Source of the DNA: Patescibacteria group bacterium
Lineage (GTDB): Bacteria > Patescibacteriota > Patescibacteriia > JBAZBY01
Length of the DNA stretch: 64,000 nt
Direction: 5' to 3'
NCBI GenBank assembly: GCA_041671225.1
Contig: JBAZBY010000001.1
Span: 302,940-366,939 of the forward strand
This document shows positions 20,311 through 29,754 of the stretch, piece by piece. The position numbers were made by a program, and so were the translations under genes. Every line of letters starts with the position of its first letter. Within the stretch, counting starts at the first letter, position 1. The notes beneath the pieces are model-generated. The model was given only the letters and a program-made list of their open reading frames with translations. It was not told the origin of the DNA and made no database searches.

Positions 20311-20420
20311 AATGTTGTTGGTTATAGAATCTTCTACCCGAACGTATCTATCATAGCAAACATTCCCTGTCTGCTTACAGGCGGATGACACTGGGGTTGG
20401 CGAGCCCTTCTTTGCGCGGT

Positions 20421-21221
20421 TTACGGATTGGGATGCATCACAATCATCACACGGCGGCCGTTTGCTGGGTCGCCGTTGTTCCAATCGTGAACGGCATTCA
20501 TAAGCACGTCAGGATCATAGCGGTATTCATGTCCTTTGCGCGTGCCAGGGTCGTTGGTGATGATTTCTGTTTCGGTCCAACCCTTCACGACAAGTGCGTG
20601 GTAGAGCGGACCGCTACCAGTGAAGTTTGGGTTGCCAAGCTCACGTCCAGCGGCAAGGAGTAACACTGGCCTGCCCTGTGCCACTTCGCGCTTCACATCA
20701 TTCATCGTGATGTCATAAACAACAGCAACATTCGTGTAACCGTAGTATTCTCGGATCATCGTTGCTGTGTCCTCTGCGTTGGTACTTTTGTAATCACCAA
20801 AGCGTTCGTTTTCAAAATCAACCAGCGCAAGCAGTTCAGCATCTGCGTCCTGCGCATTGGCAAATGGTTTGTTCTCATAGAACCGGTGGATCATAAGCAG
20901 TGACGCTTCTTCACATGTATCTTCATGCACTTCATCCCAGTTGGCAGATGGCGCTTGCGAGGTGAACGGCACATCCAGGTTCATGGTCGCCGGAATCGTT
21001 ACGGGCGCAGTTTCTGCTGCCTCTTCACCAAGCACGTCGCCTTCCTGGGTATTCGGAAGGGTATCCAGTGGCTGTTGTTCCTGTATTGCGTCATAGGTAA
21101 CCGCTTCTGGAACGGCTTCTTCGCCCAGACTATCCAGTGTGTCACGAATCGGTCCACGGAAAGAAAACGCGGTAATGCCGAGTGCAAAAATAACGAGGCT
21201 TGCGATAAAGAATTTTTTCAT
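20421..21221 (-). CDS. Secreted C39-like peptidase domain protein (Peptidase_C39_2-like)
   Basis: Signal peptide MKKFFIASLVIFALG. VPFTSQAPSANWDEVHEDTCEEASLLM (Q/C), GRPVLLL, HALVVKGW...NDPG (H). Confidence 0.6.
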   Translation of the reverse strand: MKKFFIASLVIFALGITAFSFRGPIRDTLDSLGEEAVPEAVTYDAIQEQQPLDTLPNTQEGDVLGEEAAETAPVTIPATMNLDVPFTSQAPSANWDEVHEDTCEEASLLMIHRFYENKPFANAQDADAELLALVDFENERFGDYKSTNAEDTATMIREYYGYTNVAVVYDITMNDVKREVAQGRPVLLLAAGRELGNPNFTGSGPLYHALVVKGWTETEIITNDPGTRKGHEYRYDPDVLMNAVHDWNNGDPANGRRVMIVMHPNP

Positions 21222-21277
21222 GAGATATATAAAAGTGGACTGCGTAGACTATCGTAGAATAGTCATTTTGTCAACCC

Positions 21278-22837
21278 TTAACGCCCTGGCAGGAACCGGC
21301 GCAGTACCGCCATATTTTCGTTTTTCATGGCGAATCCAGTGATGAGATAGACGATGGCACCCGTAGGAATCCCAAGGATCATCGTGGCTATAGCGCCACT
21401 GTTCGGGTATTCGATATTTGCCAATGCCGTGCCACGCATAAAGGACGTCAGCAGTCCCATCATTACTGCCATGATCAGGGTTCCAAGAAGTGTTTTCCCC
21501 ATAGCACGCTTCATGATACTGAGATTGAGCTGTGGTATGCGTGAATGGAGGATACCGTAGAGAAGGCAAACTTGCACCGCACTCGCGATGGCAAAACCGA
21601 GCGGCAAGCCTGCCACGCCCATGGAGCGCACGAGAAACATGCCCGTACCAATATTTATCACGCCCATGACGATAGAAACGACCACGGGCGTTTTGGTATC
21701 CAGCTGCGCGTAGAACGCGCGGGTGAAGAGGTGTACGAGGCTTTCGAACGGCACCACGAGGCAGAATGCGCCAAGCGCAAAGGCGGTTTTTTGCACATCC
21801 TCTGCTGTAAAGTCGCCAGTACCGAGCAATACCTGCACAATCTCCCTGCGTAATAAGAAGATGCCAACGCTTGCCGGTAGTACAAAGAAAAAGATTCGCG
21901 AGGACGTTTGTTGGATATTTTCTGTGAAGCTTTTCCAATCCTTCTTCGCGAACATTTCAGAAAGCGTGGGGAAGACAGCCGTTGCCAAGGCAATACCAAA
22001 GAGGCTCACCGGCAAGCTCTGGAGGTTGCGGGAGAACGAGAAGATGGCAATACTGCCCGCTGCGAGAGTTGAGGCGATCGCCGTCCATGCCCAGAGGTTT
22101 GCTTGCCAGGCAACGAGCCCGATCATTCTTGGGATCATCAGCCCAACAATTTTACGAATGGCCGGCTGGAACACATCCAGTATCGGCATGTACCGGAACG
22201 GTGTGTGGATCAGTTCAAACACACGGATAAGCAGGTGCAGGAGAGCACCAAAGAGCGTGCCGAGCACCGCGGCGTAGATCCCGATCGCGTCCGCAAAGAA
22301 AAACGTGCCGGCAACAATGCCAATATTGTAAAACACTGGCGAGAAAGCATAGCCCACGAAGCGCTTCATGGAAACAAGAATGGACCCCAATGCGTTGGAA
22401 AGCATGAAGAGCATGGGGGAGAGCAACATCAGGCGCGAGAGTTGTACCGCGAGCGCGGTTTGTTCCGCGTCAAAACCTGGCGCAATGAGCTGCATGAGCC
22501 ACGGCATGAGCACGAACGCGATGGCCGCAAGCACGAGCATGAGCAATGCCGCGAGGTTCAAGATGGTGCTAGCAAGACGGAATGCTTTCTCCGGTTTTTC
22601 CCGCGCAGCAATGTCCGCAAGTACGGGCATGAGCACGGCTAGCGACACGCCAGCGAACAAGAGGTTCGCAATGAGGTCTGGGATCAAAAAAGCGCTGTTG
22701 TATGCGTCCAGCGTTTCACCTGCGCCAAAGTTTCCGGCAAAGAGCCTGTCACGCCAGAGCCCGAGTAGGTAGCTCAAAAATGACGCAGCGCTCAGGACGA
22801 GCGCGCCGCTGGTGATGGATTGTTTCTTGAGGAACAT
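21278..22837 (-). CDS. murJ: Lipid II flippase MurJ
   Basis: 519 aa with about 14 TM segments. N-terminus LGLWRDRLFAGNFGAGETLDAYNSAFLIP is typical of MviN/MurJ. Confidence 0.9.
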   Translation of the reverse strand: MFLKKQSITSGALVLSAASFLSYLLGLWRDRLFAGNFGAGETLDAYNSAFLIPDLIANLLFAGVSLAVLMPVLADIAAREKPEKAFRLASTILNLAALLMLVLAAIAFVLMPWLMQLIAPGFDAEQTALAVQLSRLMLLSPMLFMLSNALGSILVSMKRFVGYAFSPVFYNIGIVAGTFFFADAIGIYAAVLGTLFGALLHLLIRVFELIHTPFRYMPILDVFQPAIRKIVGLMIPRMIGLVAWQANLWAWTAIASTLAAGSIAIFSFSRNLQSLPVSLFGIALATAVFPTLSEMFAKKDWKSFTENIQQTSSRIFFFVLPASVGIFLLRREIVQVLLGTGDFTAEDVQKTAFALGAFCLVVPFESLVHLFTRAFYAQLDTKTPVVVSIVMGVINIGTGMFLVRSMGVAGLPLGFAIASAVQVCLLYGILHSRIPQLNLSIMKRAMGKTLLGTLIMAVMMGLLTSFMRGTALANIEYPNSGAIATMILGIPTGAIVYLITGFAMKNENMAVLRRFLPGR

Positions 22838-22844
22838 GCGCGTA

Positions 22845-24740
22845 TTATCTCACGACCACGCCAGCGTTACCAAAGATGCCCCAGTCACTTTCAAACCGCG
22901 CGCGCGACCAGTAAATTTGTCCGGCAACCGGGTCGTTGATGATGATTTGCGAAGGGTTGTCTTTGCTGCCCATATACCCGATGGCCGTGCGTGCATGTTC
23001 GCCCTTCCATGCATAGATACTTTTTCCTTCAGGCGTGCTCCAGGAATCTTCATACCCACTGCCGTAAATGCCCCACACCACCACGGGGTTGCCTTGTGCG
23101 AGTTCTTGTGTCAGTTGTGTAATGTTCCAGCCCGTGAAGGCCTCAGATGACCCGCGCCAGTGCTTTGCCGCTTTTGCGATCGGGTCCCAATACACGCCAT
23201 AGCCTGTGGTGTTTTGTCTGCCGGCAATGTTGCCCACATACGCAAGGTATGGGTCGCCCCAGGTGCTGCCGCTGTGCGGCGTGGAATCATATCCCACGAT
23301 GTTCATAATATCGGTTTCAGAAACGGACACGCCTTTGCCCGCCAGCGCCATTTTCAGTGCTGCTGCTTCACAAGAAAGGGATTGGTCTTGGAAGTCTATT
23401 GCAATGGGAATTTTGTACACCTCTGGCTCGGTGGCAAAGCGCACACTGTTATCATTTGCCAACGGTTGACCATGCACGCTCGTGACGCCTGCAGCCATAT
23501 GTGCGGTATATGTGACGTTCCGCGTGAGCGCAGGAGAGGGTTGGTATCGGAGTGTATTGCCGTCCCATGAGAAGGCCCCTGGTGCAGACGGTTTAATGGA
23601 AAAATGTGATTCTGCGGACGCATGGTCCACGTCCTGGTCAAACGTAAAAGTGATGGTATTGTTCACGCCCACGCCGCTATTGCCGTCTTGCGGCGATGTA
23701 CGCGTTATTCTTGCAGCACCAATAGTGGTAAAGGAATATACCACGTCTTCTTCCAAAGATCCGCCTACTGCTGTCTCTGCGCCTTTGCTTACTGTGGCAT
23801 CATATGCCGTTGCATACGCAAGGTTTTTTGTTGGCGCAAAGTTCAGTGTCGTACCGTCATCGGAGAGCGTTGTTTCACCCGCAATATCCGGCGTTATGGA
23901 AAAATGTTTCTCCACAGACGCTGCATCCATTGCTGTGCTGAAAATGATAACAATAGCACTGTCCACATGCGCCTGATCGCCATTCGGTTTTACGCTTTTA
24001 ATGTTCGGAGGTGGGGCGGTGGCGAAGTCCACACGTGAGACTTCTTTTGGGTCTTCCCGGTGCACCACTTCATTCGTCTCAATGTGCCGCACCACGCCTG
24101 CGCGGAACGCCGTCAGCGTGTATTCAGTTCCTTGTGCCAGTGGTTTTTTGAACGCGAGCGTGTATGCATCACCCGCTTCATTCATGGTTGTGGTGAATGT
24201 CACATCCGGCTGCATGGCAAAGGTGAATTCTGCAATGTCCGGGTTCGGGATGTTTAAGGAAACCGTAACCGTGGTTTCTGGGGAGATGTCTTTTGCCCCG
24301 TCTTCTGGCGTGATGCTGGCAATATCTGGCAAGGGCTGCGTGGTAAAGCGGTACGCTGTCTCATACACATTTCCTATATGCGCCGCGCTTTGGATGTTGG
24401 CAAGTCTTACCGTGTATTCTGTTTCCGGTGCAAGCGTATGCTGCGGCACAAAGCGCACTGCGCGGAACAGGTGCTTGCCGTACACTGGTTTTTCATAGAC
24501 CCATACGCCCTCTACATCTGGCGTCATGCTGGGTATGAGTATTTTGCGATCTACCGGCCTAGAGAAGGTGAAGAAAATGTCTGGTGTGAGTTCCACCTGT
24601 GCACCATTTTCCGTGGAGGCCATACGTACCTGTGGCGTGAAAAGAAAATCAATTTGCCATGCGAATACAAAAACGAGCACCGCAATAAGTGCGGCTGGGA
24701 TGAGAAATACTTTGCGATGGAGAAACGCAGGGAGCTTCAT
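22845..24740 (-). CDS. Large membrane-anchored extracellular protein with multiple Ig-like (Big/SbsA-type) domains and a C-terminal C39-like peptidase domain
   Basis: 631 aa with an N-terminal TM. C-terminal SLSCEAAALKMAL...GNPVVVWG...GEHARTAIGY...INDP matches Peptidase_C39_2-type Q/C/H residues. Confidence 0.6.
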   Translation of the reverse strand: MKLPAFLHRKVFLIPAALIAVLVFVFAWQIDFLFTPQVRMASTENGAQVELTPDIFFTFSRPVDRKILIPSMTPDVEGVWVYEKPVYGKHLFRAVRFVPQHTLAPETEYTVRLANIQSAAHIGNVYETAYRFTTQPLPDIASITPEDGAKDISPETTVTVSLNIPNPDIAEFTFAMQPDVTFTTTMNEAGDAYTLAFKKPLAQGTEYTLTAFRAGVVRHIETNEVVHREDPKEVSRVDFATAPPPNIKSVKPNGDQAHVDSAIVIIFSTAMDAASVEKHFSITPDIAGETTLSDDGTTLNFAPTKNLAYATAYDATVSKGAETAVGGSLEEDVVYSFTTIGAARITRTSPQDGNSGVGVNNTITFTFDQDVDHASAESHFSIKPSAPGAFSWDGNTLRYQPSPALTRNVTYTAHMAAGVTSVHGQPLANDNSVRFATEPEVYKIPIAIDFQDQSLSCEAAALKMALAGKGVSVSETDIMNIVGYDSTPHSGSTWGDPYLAYVGNIAGRQNTTGYGVYWDPIAKAAKHWRGSSEAFTGWNITQLTQELAQGNPVVVWGIYGSGYEDSWSTPEGKSIYAWKGEHARTAIGYMGSKDNPSQIIINDPVAGQIYWSRARFESDWGIFGNAGVVVR

Positions 24741-24844
24741 ATATATTTTTATTTTACAACACTATTATAGCACGAAAGAAGGGATGTTTGTCATCCTAAA
24801 ACGGATCATTTACGAGGTCCTAGTTTTCCGTCGTGTGCTGGGCT

Positions 24845-25486
24845 TTACTGTTTGTGGTATGCGATGTATGTATTGAGGACGGAGAAACGGTTATTCGCGC
24901 TGCTTCCCTGCATCGTGTCATAGCCGGCTGGGTAGTGCGCCTGGAAGCCGTGCCCAAAGAGAAGGGTGGTGTCGGTGATCTGGTAGATGTCAAAAATGGT
25001 CTCGCCAAGGTCTAGGTTAAACAGATTGATCTGGCCAGCTTGAGGGATGGTGTACTGGTAGTCGGTCACCGTGGTATCCCCGGCGCCGCAGGTGTGATCA
25101 TAACTTGCCCATCGGGTATGTGTGGCCGTGCCGTCAGTCTGGATGACAAATTGATGTCGCTCCGACCAGGCGCTTCCTTCATCCGGCACCAGGCAATCAG
25201 AAATCCACGTACCAGCCAAGGTATTATTAGTAGCAACACTAGTGTTCGTTCCCTCGTTCGTATTGGCGTTGCCCGCAATGCCGCTGTTGGTGTTCGTGTT
25301 TTTGGCAACACCTTCTCCGGCGGCGGTGATGGCATTTTCCAATTGTGGGCTCATCTCATCATTTTCTCCATCAGAGAAGGAGCGCCAGGTCAGCCATACA
25401 CCTGCGGCGGCTGCTAGCACAACAACCACGACAATAATCGTCGCCACAGGGGAAAGTCCTTGGGCGTTTTTTTCTTCGTTTCTCAT
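24845..25486 (-). CDS. Membrane-anchored hypothetical secreted protein with Asn/Thr-rich linker
   Basis: 213 aa. N-terminal TM, then a low-complexity NTNTNSG...NTNEGTNTS stretch, then a globular domain. Confidence 0.45.
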   Translation of the reverse strand: MRNEEKNAQGLSPVATIIVVVVVLAAAAGVWLTWRSFSDGENDEMSPQLENAITAAGEGVAKNTNTNSGIAGNANTNEGTNTSVATNNTLAGTWISDCLVPDEGSAWSERHQFVIQTDGTATHTRWASYDHTCGAGDTTVTDYQYTIPQAGQINLFNLDLGETIFDIYQITDTTLLFGHGFQAHYPAGYDTMQGSSANNRFSVLNTYIAYHKQ

Positions 25487-25875
25487 ATTGGTTGAATAAA
25501 TTATTCCTCTACGTAACTATAGCATATCCTTGTGTATTTTGGCGGTGTTCCCCCTTTTCTGCGTACACTACTTTTTATCGCAAAACCTTACTCTGTAATG
25601 TGTGCAAGTACTTTTTTATTAATATCTTCCAAAGAGTTCAACACGAGGTCGGCCAGGGAAAGGTCTTGCGTTGGGCATCTTTGCGTTATCTGAATATAAT
25701 ATTGTAACGTGGTTGTACCCAGTCACGTGGACCGCTGCGAACGTACTGTTTGCTCTATTGTTGATTGTGCGGCGTAAGGCTATGAAGGATATGCATTTGG
25801 AGTAGGTCGGTATTTTGGCAAAGACAAAATCGAGCCATCCACGAGGCCCGGGCGTTTGAGTAAGTGATTGGGTTT

Positions 25876-26610
25876 TTAGAATCCGTACGTATCCAAAAAC
25901 TCTCCGATGTATTCATTTGCCTGGGCTATCGCTTCTGGTGAGCGGCGGTAATTATGCTCGGCATCGAGCTCGCGTAATTCTTTTGGTGCTGCGGAAGTAG
26001 CGTATGCCGCGTGTACCTTTTCCGGTTTCACGATTGTATCCTTGGTACCAAAAAGAAAGAGTTTTGGTTTGGTGCAGGTTGCAAGTGCATCACGCACGTT
26101 ATACTGTGCAGCATCTTTGAAGTAGCTCATAGGCAGATCAAAGCGCTTTTGATGTTCCGTATCATTTGGTGGTGTGTCTCGGTATGAGACCTCTACCTCG
26201 TTTTCTTGCCGACCTTCGCCCTTTTTACTCCCACCGGTGTTGGACATCATGGCGATGAAGTGGGTGACGAGCGGATTGCGTGTACCCACGAGCATGGCCA
26301 TCGTGCCGCCGCGGCTGTGGCCAAGCAACAACGTTGGTTTGTTTCCGAAGTATACGATGAGTTCATTGATGGCCGCGAGATAATTCGTCATGGTGTACAA
26401 CTCGATGCCGCCCGGGCTTTCCCACGTGCCCGGCGGGTCAAAAGAAAGCGCAAAGAATCCTCGGTGCGCCAAGAAGTCCACGTGACTTCGCATGTGTGGG
26501 TAGTCTTTGGTATCCAGCCGTCCGGGGAGCACCAGCGCAAGTTTTTCTGCATCAGGGTCGCCCAGTGTGTAGACAGCGAGTGCGTGGTGTGGAGTTTGGA
26601 TGATGTTCAT
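25876..26610 (-). CDS. Alpha/beta-hydrolase fold protein
   Basis: 244 aa with nucleophile elbow GHSRGG and C-terminal His. Confidence 0.7.
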   Translation of the reverse strand: MNIIQTPHHALAVYTLGDPDAEKLALVLPGRLDTKDYPHMRSHVDFLAHRGFFALSFDPPGTWESPGGIELYTMTNYLAAINELIVYFGNKPTLLLGHSRGGTMAMLVGTRNPLVTHFIAMMSNTGGSKKGEGRQENEVEVSYRDTPPNDTEHQKRFDLPMSYFKDAAQYNVRDALATCTKPKLFLFGTKDTIVKPEKVHAAYATSAAPKELRELDAEHNYRRSPEAIAQANEYIGEFLDTYGF

Positions 26611-26673
26611 GTATGGAGTATAACATTAGGATACACATGGGACGCAAAGCAACCCGAGTGAGCGGGGAGGGAC

Positions 26674-26692
26674 TGGTAGCCTCAAGGGGAAT
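26674..26692. repeat. 19-bp direct repeat copy of tRNA-Glu 3' end (partner at 26877-26895)
   Basis: tggtagcctcaaggggaat is identical at both positions. Confidence 0.7.
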
Positions 26693-26876
26693 GTCGCGTT
26701 GCCCCGCGTCTAGCGGGGCTCCTTGTCCTGGGCAGCGCAGAACACTGCGCAGTCTCGTGTTCTGCGATCGCTCGACTGCGCCGCGCCTGCGGCAAGCGGC
26801 TTGTCTCGCTTCTGCCCGTTCGATTCCATTTCAAATAACCAAAGCCCTGCCGACCACTGCGTGGCCGTCATGACTT

Positions 26877-26951
26877 TGGTAGCCTCAAGGGGAATCGAAC
26901 CCCTATTACCAGGATGAAAACCTGGCGTCCTAACCATTAGACGATGAGGCC
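26877..26951 (-). tRNA. tRNA-Glu(UUC)
   Basis: Minus-strand read GGCCTCATCGTCTAATGGTTAGGACGCCAGGTTTTCATCCTGGTAATAGGGGTTCGATTCCCCTTGAGGCTACCA. Anticodon loop TTTTCAT, CCA encoded. Confidence 0.85.
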
Positions 26952-27044
26952 ACGCATTTGTAACAGGGCAGAGCGTATCATTTGAAAGAGCCCGCGTCAA
27001 CCTTCACCGTTGACACTATACCTGGCGAGTGCTAGGTTGCAGCC

Positions 27045-27098
27045 ATGGTACAACAAATGAACATCACTATTTGGAACACGACCCGTCTTGCCGGGTAG
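27045..27098 (+). other. 17-codon leader ORF containing one Trp codon upstream of trpB (speculative attenuation leader peptide)
   Basis: ATG GTA CAA CAA ATG AAC ATC ACT ATT TGG AAC ACG ACC CGT CTT GCC GGG TAG. Lies between TTGACA (27010-27015) and the intrinsic terminator. Confidence 0.2.
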
Positions 27099-27131
27099 TG
27101 TGTTGTTGTACGCATAAAGAACACGAAGCAC

Positions 27132-27157
27132 TCCCCGACAACGGGGATATTTTTTTA
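27132..27157 (+). terminator. Intrinsic terminator hairpin in trpB 5' leader (attenuator-like)
   Basis: tccccg-acaa-cgggga stem followed by tattttttta, located 90 nt upstream of the trpB ATG. Confidence 0.5.
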
Positions 27158-27248
27158 TGGCTTATTTTGTTTTTCAGAATCGTTGCACGGAACGTTGGCG
27201 AAAAGCTCTCTGATCGCAGTTCTTCTTTTATTCTTCATTATCATTCCA

Positions 27249-28451
27249 ATGACACACATTCATCACAACACATCACTTCCGGACACTGAGGGAAACTTTG
27301 GACTCTACGGCGGACAACACGTTCCGCCACCGCTCATTCCGGTACTGCAGGACGTTGCAACGGCATATAAGGAGGCACAGAACGATCCTGCGTTCAGACA
27401 GGAGTATGAACTGCTTCTGCGTGATTATGTCGGCAGGCCGTCCCCGTTGTACTTTGCACGCCGGCTCACCGAACATCTTGGAGGCGCGCGGATCTATCTG
27501 AAGCGCGAAGACCTGAACCATACCGGCGCACATAAAATAAACCACACGCTTGGCGAAGCGCTTCTTGCAAAGCGCATGGGCAAGAAGAAACTTCTCGCGG
27601 AAACCGGTGCCGGGCAGCACGGCGTTGCGCTTGCAACTGCAGCCGCACTTGTGGGGCTTGAATGTGAGATTCACATGGGTGAAATTGACGTCGCGAAGCA
27701 GAAGCCGAATGTCGTACGCATGCAACTCCTTGGTGCAAAGGTCGTGACGGTTACCGCGGGAGGCCGCAGCCTTAAAGAGGCGGTGGATAGTGCCTTTGCA
27801 ACCTACGTGCAAGAGGCAGACACGACATTCTTCGGCATCGGCTCGGTGGTTGGACCGCACCCATACCCTATGATGGTTCGCGACTTTCAGGCCGTGGTGG
27901 GCCGTGAAGCGCGCACGCAGATTCTTGCGCAGGAGGGCAAGCTTCCGGACTGCCTTATTGCCTGCGTCGGTGGTGGATCAAACGCCATCGGTTTGTTCAC
28001 GGCATTTTTGGACGACGACGTAAAAATTGTGGGCGTTGAACCGAGCGGCAAAAGCTTCAAACCGGGCGAGCACGCTGCAACGCTCACGCTCGGGAAGCCT
28101 GGCGTCATTCATGGCATGTTCACGTATCTGTTGCAGGACAGCGCAGGGAACCCGTCACCGGTGCACTCCATCGCGTCCGGGCTTGATTACCCGGGCGTCG
28201 GTCCGCAGCATGCATACCTGAAGGATGCACAACGTGTTGAATATGTGACAGCGAGCGACACAGAGGCGCTTTCCGCATTCCAGACGCTCGCAACACTGGA
28301 AGGTATCCTTCCTGCGTTGGAAAGCAGCCATGCAATTGCTGAGGCGATAAAGCGTGCGCCGCATATGCCGCAGTCATCGAGCATCATCGTGAACCTGTCT
28401 GGTCGGGGTGACAAGGACATCGACTTCGTTACAGAGCGACTCGTTTCATAA
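27249..28451 (+). CDS. trpB: Tryptophan synthase beta chain (TrpB1-type), stand-alone
   Basis: ATG at 27249 (track ORF starts at TTG 27183). [15 protein letters not shown]-lysine motif [23 protein letters not shown]. No trpA or other trp genes in the window. Sampled GC 58-67%. Confidence 0.9.
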   Translation: MTHIHHNTSLPDTEGNFGLYGGQHVPPPLIPVLQDVATAYKEAQNDPAFRQEYELLLRDYVGRPSPLYFARRLTEHLGGARIYLKREDLNHTGAHKINHTLGEALLAKRMGKKKLLAETGAGQHGVALATAAALVGLECEIHMGEIDVAKQKPNVVRMQLLGAKVVTVTAGGRSLKEAVDSAFATYVQEADTTFFGIGSVVGPHPYPMMVRDFQAVVGREARTQILAQEGKLPDCLIACVGGGSNAIGLFTAFLDDDVKIVGVEPSGKSFKPGEHAATLTLGKPGVIHGMFTYLLQDSAGNPSPVHSIASGLDYPGVGPQHAYLKDAQRVEYVTASDTEALSAFQTLATLEGILPALESSHAIAEAIKRAPHMPQSSSIIVNLSGRGDKDIDFVTERLVS

Positions 28452-28554
28452 CCGGCATGCCACCGGGCGCCGCAGCTGGTGTCCGGTGGCTTTTGCCGAA
28501 CCGTTGTGTCAAGGAATTCCCCAGGGCATCGCCGCATGCTATGCTTCGCGTGTT

Positions 28555-29205
28555 ATGAAGCTTCTCGACCGCTACACACATTTTTCTTTTGATCTGGACG
28601 GGACACTAGTGCATACTATTCCGGAGTATCGTTTTTTTGTTGTCCCAAAGGTCGTGGAAGAACTTGGCGGGCGTATCATTGAAAACAGGGACGTCGATCG
28701 CTTTTGGTTTGAAAGCGGACGAGATCGCATCATCAAGCAGCGGTTTGGTATTGACCCGGAAAAGTTCTGGGATTGCTTCCACAAGCATGACAACCCAGAA
28801 GAGCGCGCGCGTCACACATTTGCATATGATGATGCCGTGCCGACACTGGATGCACTGCGTGCTGCTGGCAAAGCGGTATCGATCATCACCGGCGCACCGC
28901 ATTATGTGGCTTCATTAGAAATGGAGAAGCTCACCGATGCCCCGTATGATTATTTTTTTTCGGTGTATGATAGCGGCTTTCCTGCAAAACCTCATCCAGG
29001 AAGTATGCAGGTCGCGTTACAAAAAATAGGGAAAACGCAGGAGGAAACCGTCTATATTGGTAATAGCAATGAGGATGTGTATTATGCGCAGAATGCCGAA
29101 GTGGGGTTTATCTTTCTTGAGCGCAAAGAGCATGAAGTTGCCTTTACCGGAAATCTCGTTGCACATATTCATTCTTTGAATGCTCTCCTGACAGAGAATA
29201 TATAG
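28555..29205 (+). CDS. HAD-family hydrolase
   Basis: ATG at 28555 with motif I FDLDGTLV. Track ORF is N-terminally extended into the trpB 3' end. Confidence 0.7.
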   Translation: MKLLDRYTHFSFDLDGTLVHTIPEYRFFVVPKVVEELGGRIIENRDVDRFWFESGRDRIIKQRFGIDPEKFWDCFHKHDNPEERARHTFAYDDAVPTLDALRAAGKAVSIITGAPHYVASLEMEKLTDAPYDYFFSVYDSGFPAKPHPGSMQVALQKIGKTQEETVYIGNSNEDVYYAQNAEVGFIFLERKEHEVAFTGNLVAHIHSLNALLTENI

Positions 29206-29260
29206 CCAGTCTTAGCGACGCTCTTATTCGCGTACGGGTTAATATTATGGTATAGTGTGC

Positions 29261-29743
29261 ATGAGGAATATGGCAAAAACGAAGGAAAAGAATACAGAAG
29301 TCGAAGAGGAGCATTTGGATCCGGTCTTTAATCCTGCAACCGGAGCTGTTGAATTGGTGGAAAAGGCAGCTGATCAAGACACGCAGGATGAGTGGCTTGA
29401 TGAAAGCTATGAAGGACAGCTCGCTGTTGATGTGTATCAAGCTGGAGAGGAAATCGTGATCAAATCCACCATTGCGGGCGTCCGGGCGCAGGATATCGAT
29501 GTGGACGTGAATAATGACATGGTCACTATTAAGGGTATTCGGCACGAAGAAACGGAACAAGACAGCGAGTACTTTTATCGGGAGTGTTATTGGGGAGGTT
29601 TTTCACGCTCCATCATTCTCCCCGTGGATGTGCGTCAGGATAATGTGAAGGCAACGCTCAAGAGCGGCGTACTGACCGTTCGATTGATGGTTTCAAAACC
29701 GCAACAGGTGAATGTTGAAGAAATAGAAGACGAAGATAAGTAG
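29261..29743 (+). CDS. Hsp20/alpha-crystallin family small heat-shock protein
   Basis: Alpha-crystallin domain pattern (VDVYQAGEEIVIKSTIAGVRAQDIDVDV..., SGVLTVRL). Start ambiguous among 29255 (GTG), 29261 and 29270. Confidence 0.75.
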   Translation: MRNMAKTKEKNTEVEEEHLDPVFNPATGAVELVEKAADQDTQDEWLDESYEGQLAVDVYQAGEEIVIKSTIAGVRAQDIDVDVNNDMVTIKGIRHEETEQDSEYFYRECYWGGFSRSIILPVDVRQDNVKATLKSGVLTVRLMVSKPQQVNVEEIEDEDK

Positions 29744-29754
29744 CATTCTATCGT

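Noticed and set aside
15003-25858. Shared motif gaggccc(c)gggcgttt at about 15003 and about 25838 as a possible dispersed repeat
   Set aside because: Only 15-16 nt with a mismatch in two places. One copy is a terminator stem. Most likely coincidence of GC-palindromes (gcccgggc).
27183-27248. N-terminal 22-codon extension of trpB in the ORF track (starts at TTG)
   Set aside because: The extension is hydrophobic and overlaps the attenuator/terminator region. Homology to TrpB begins at the ATG at 27249.
26952-27248. T-box riboswitch upstream of trpB
   Set aside because: No AGGGTGGNACCGCG T-box sequence or GA-motif/specifier architecture could be found by eye. Only a leader-peptide/terminator arrangement is supportable.
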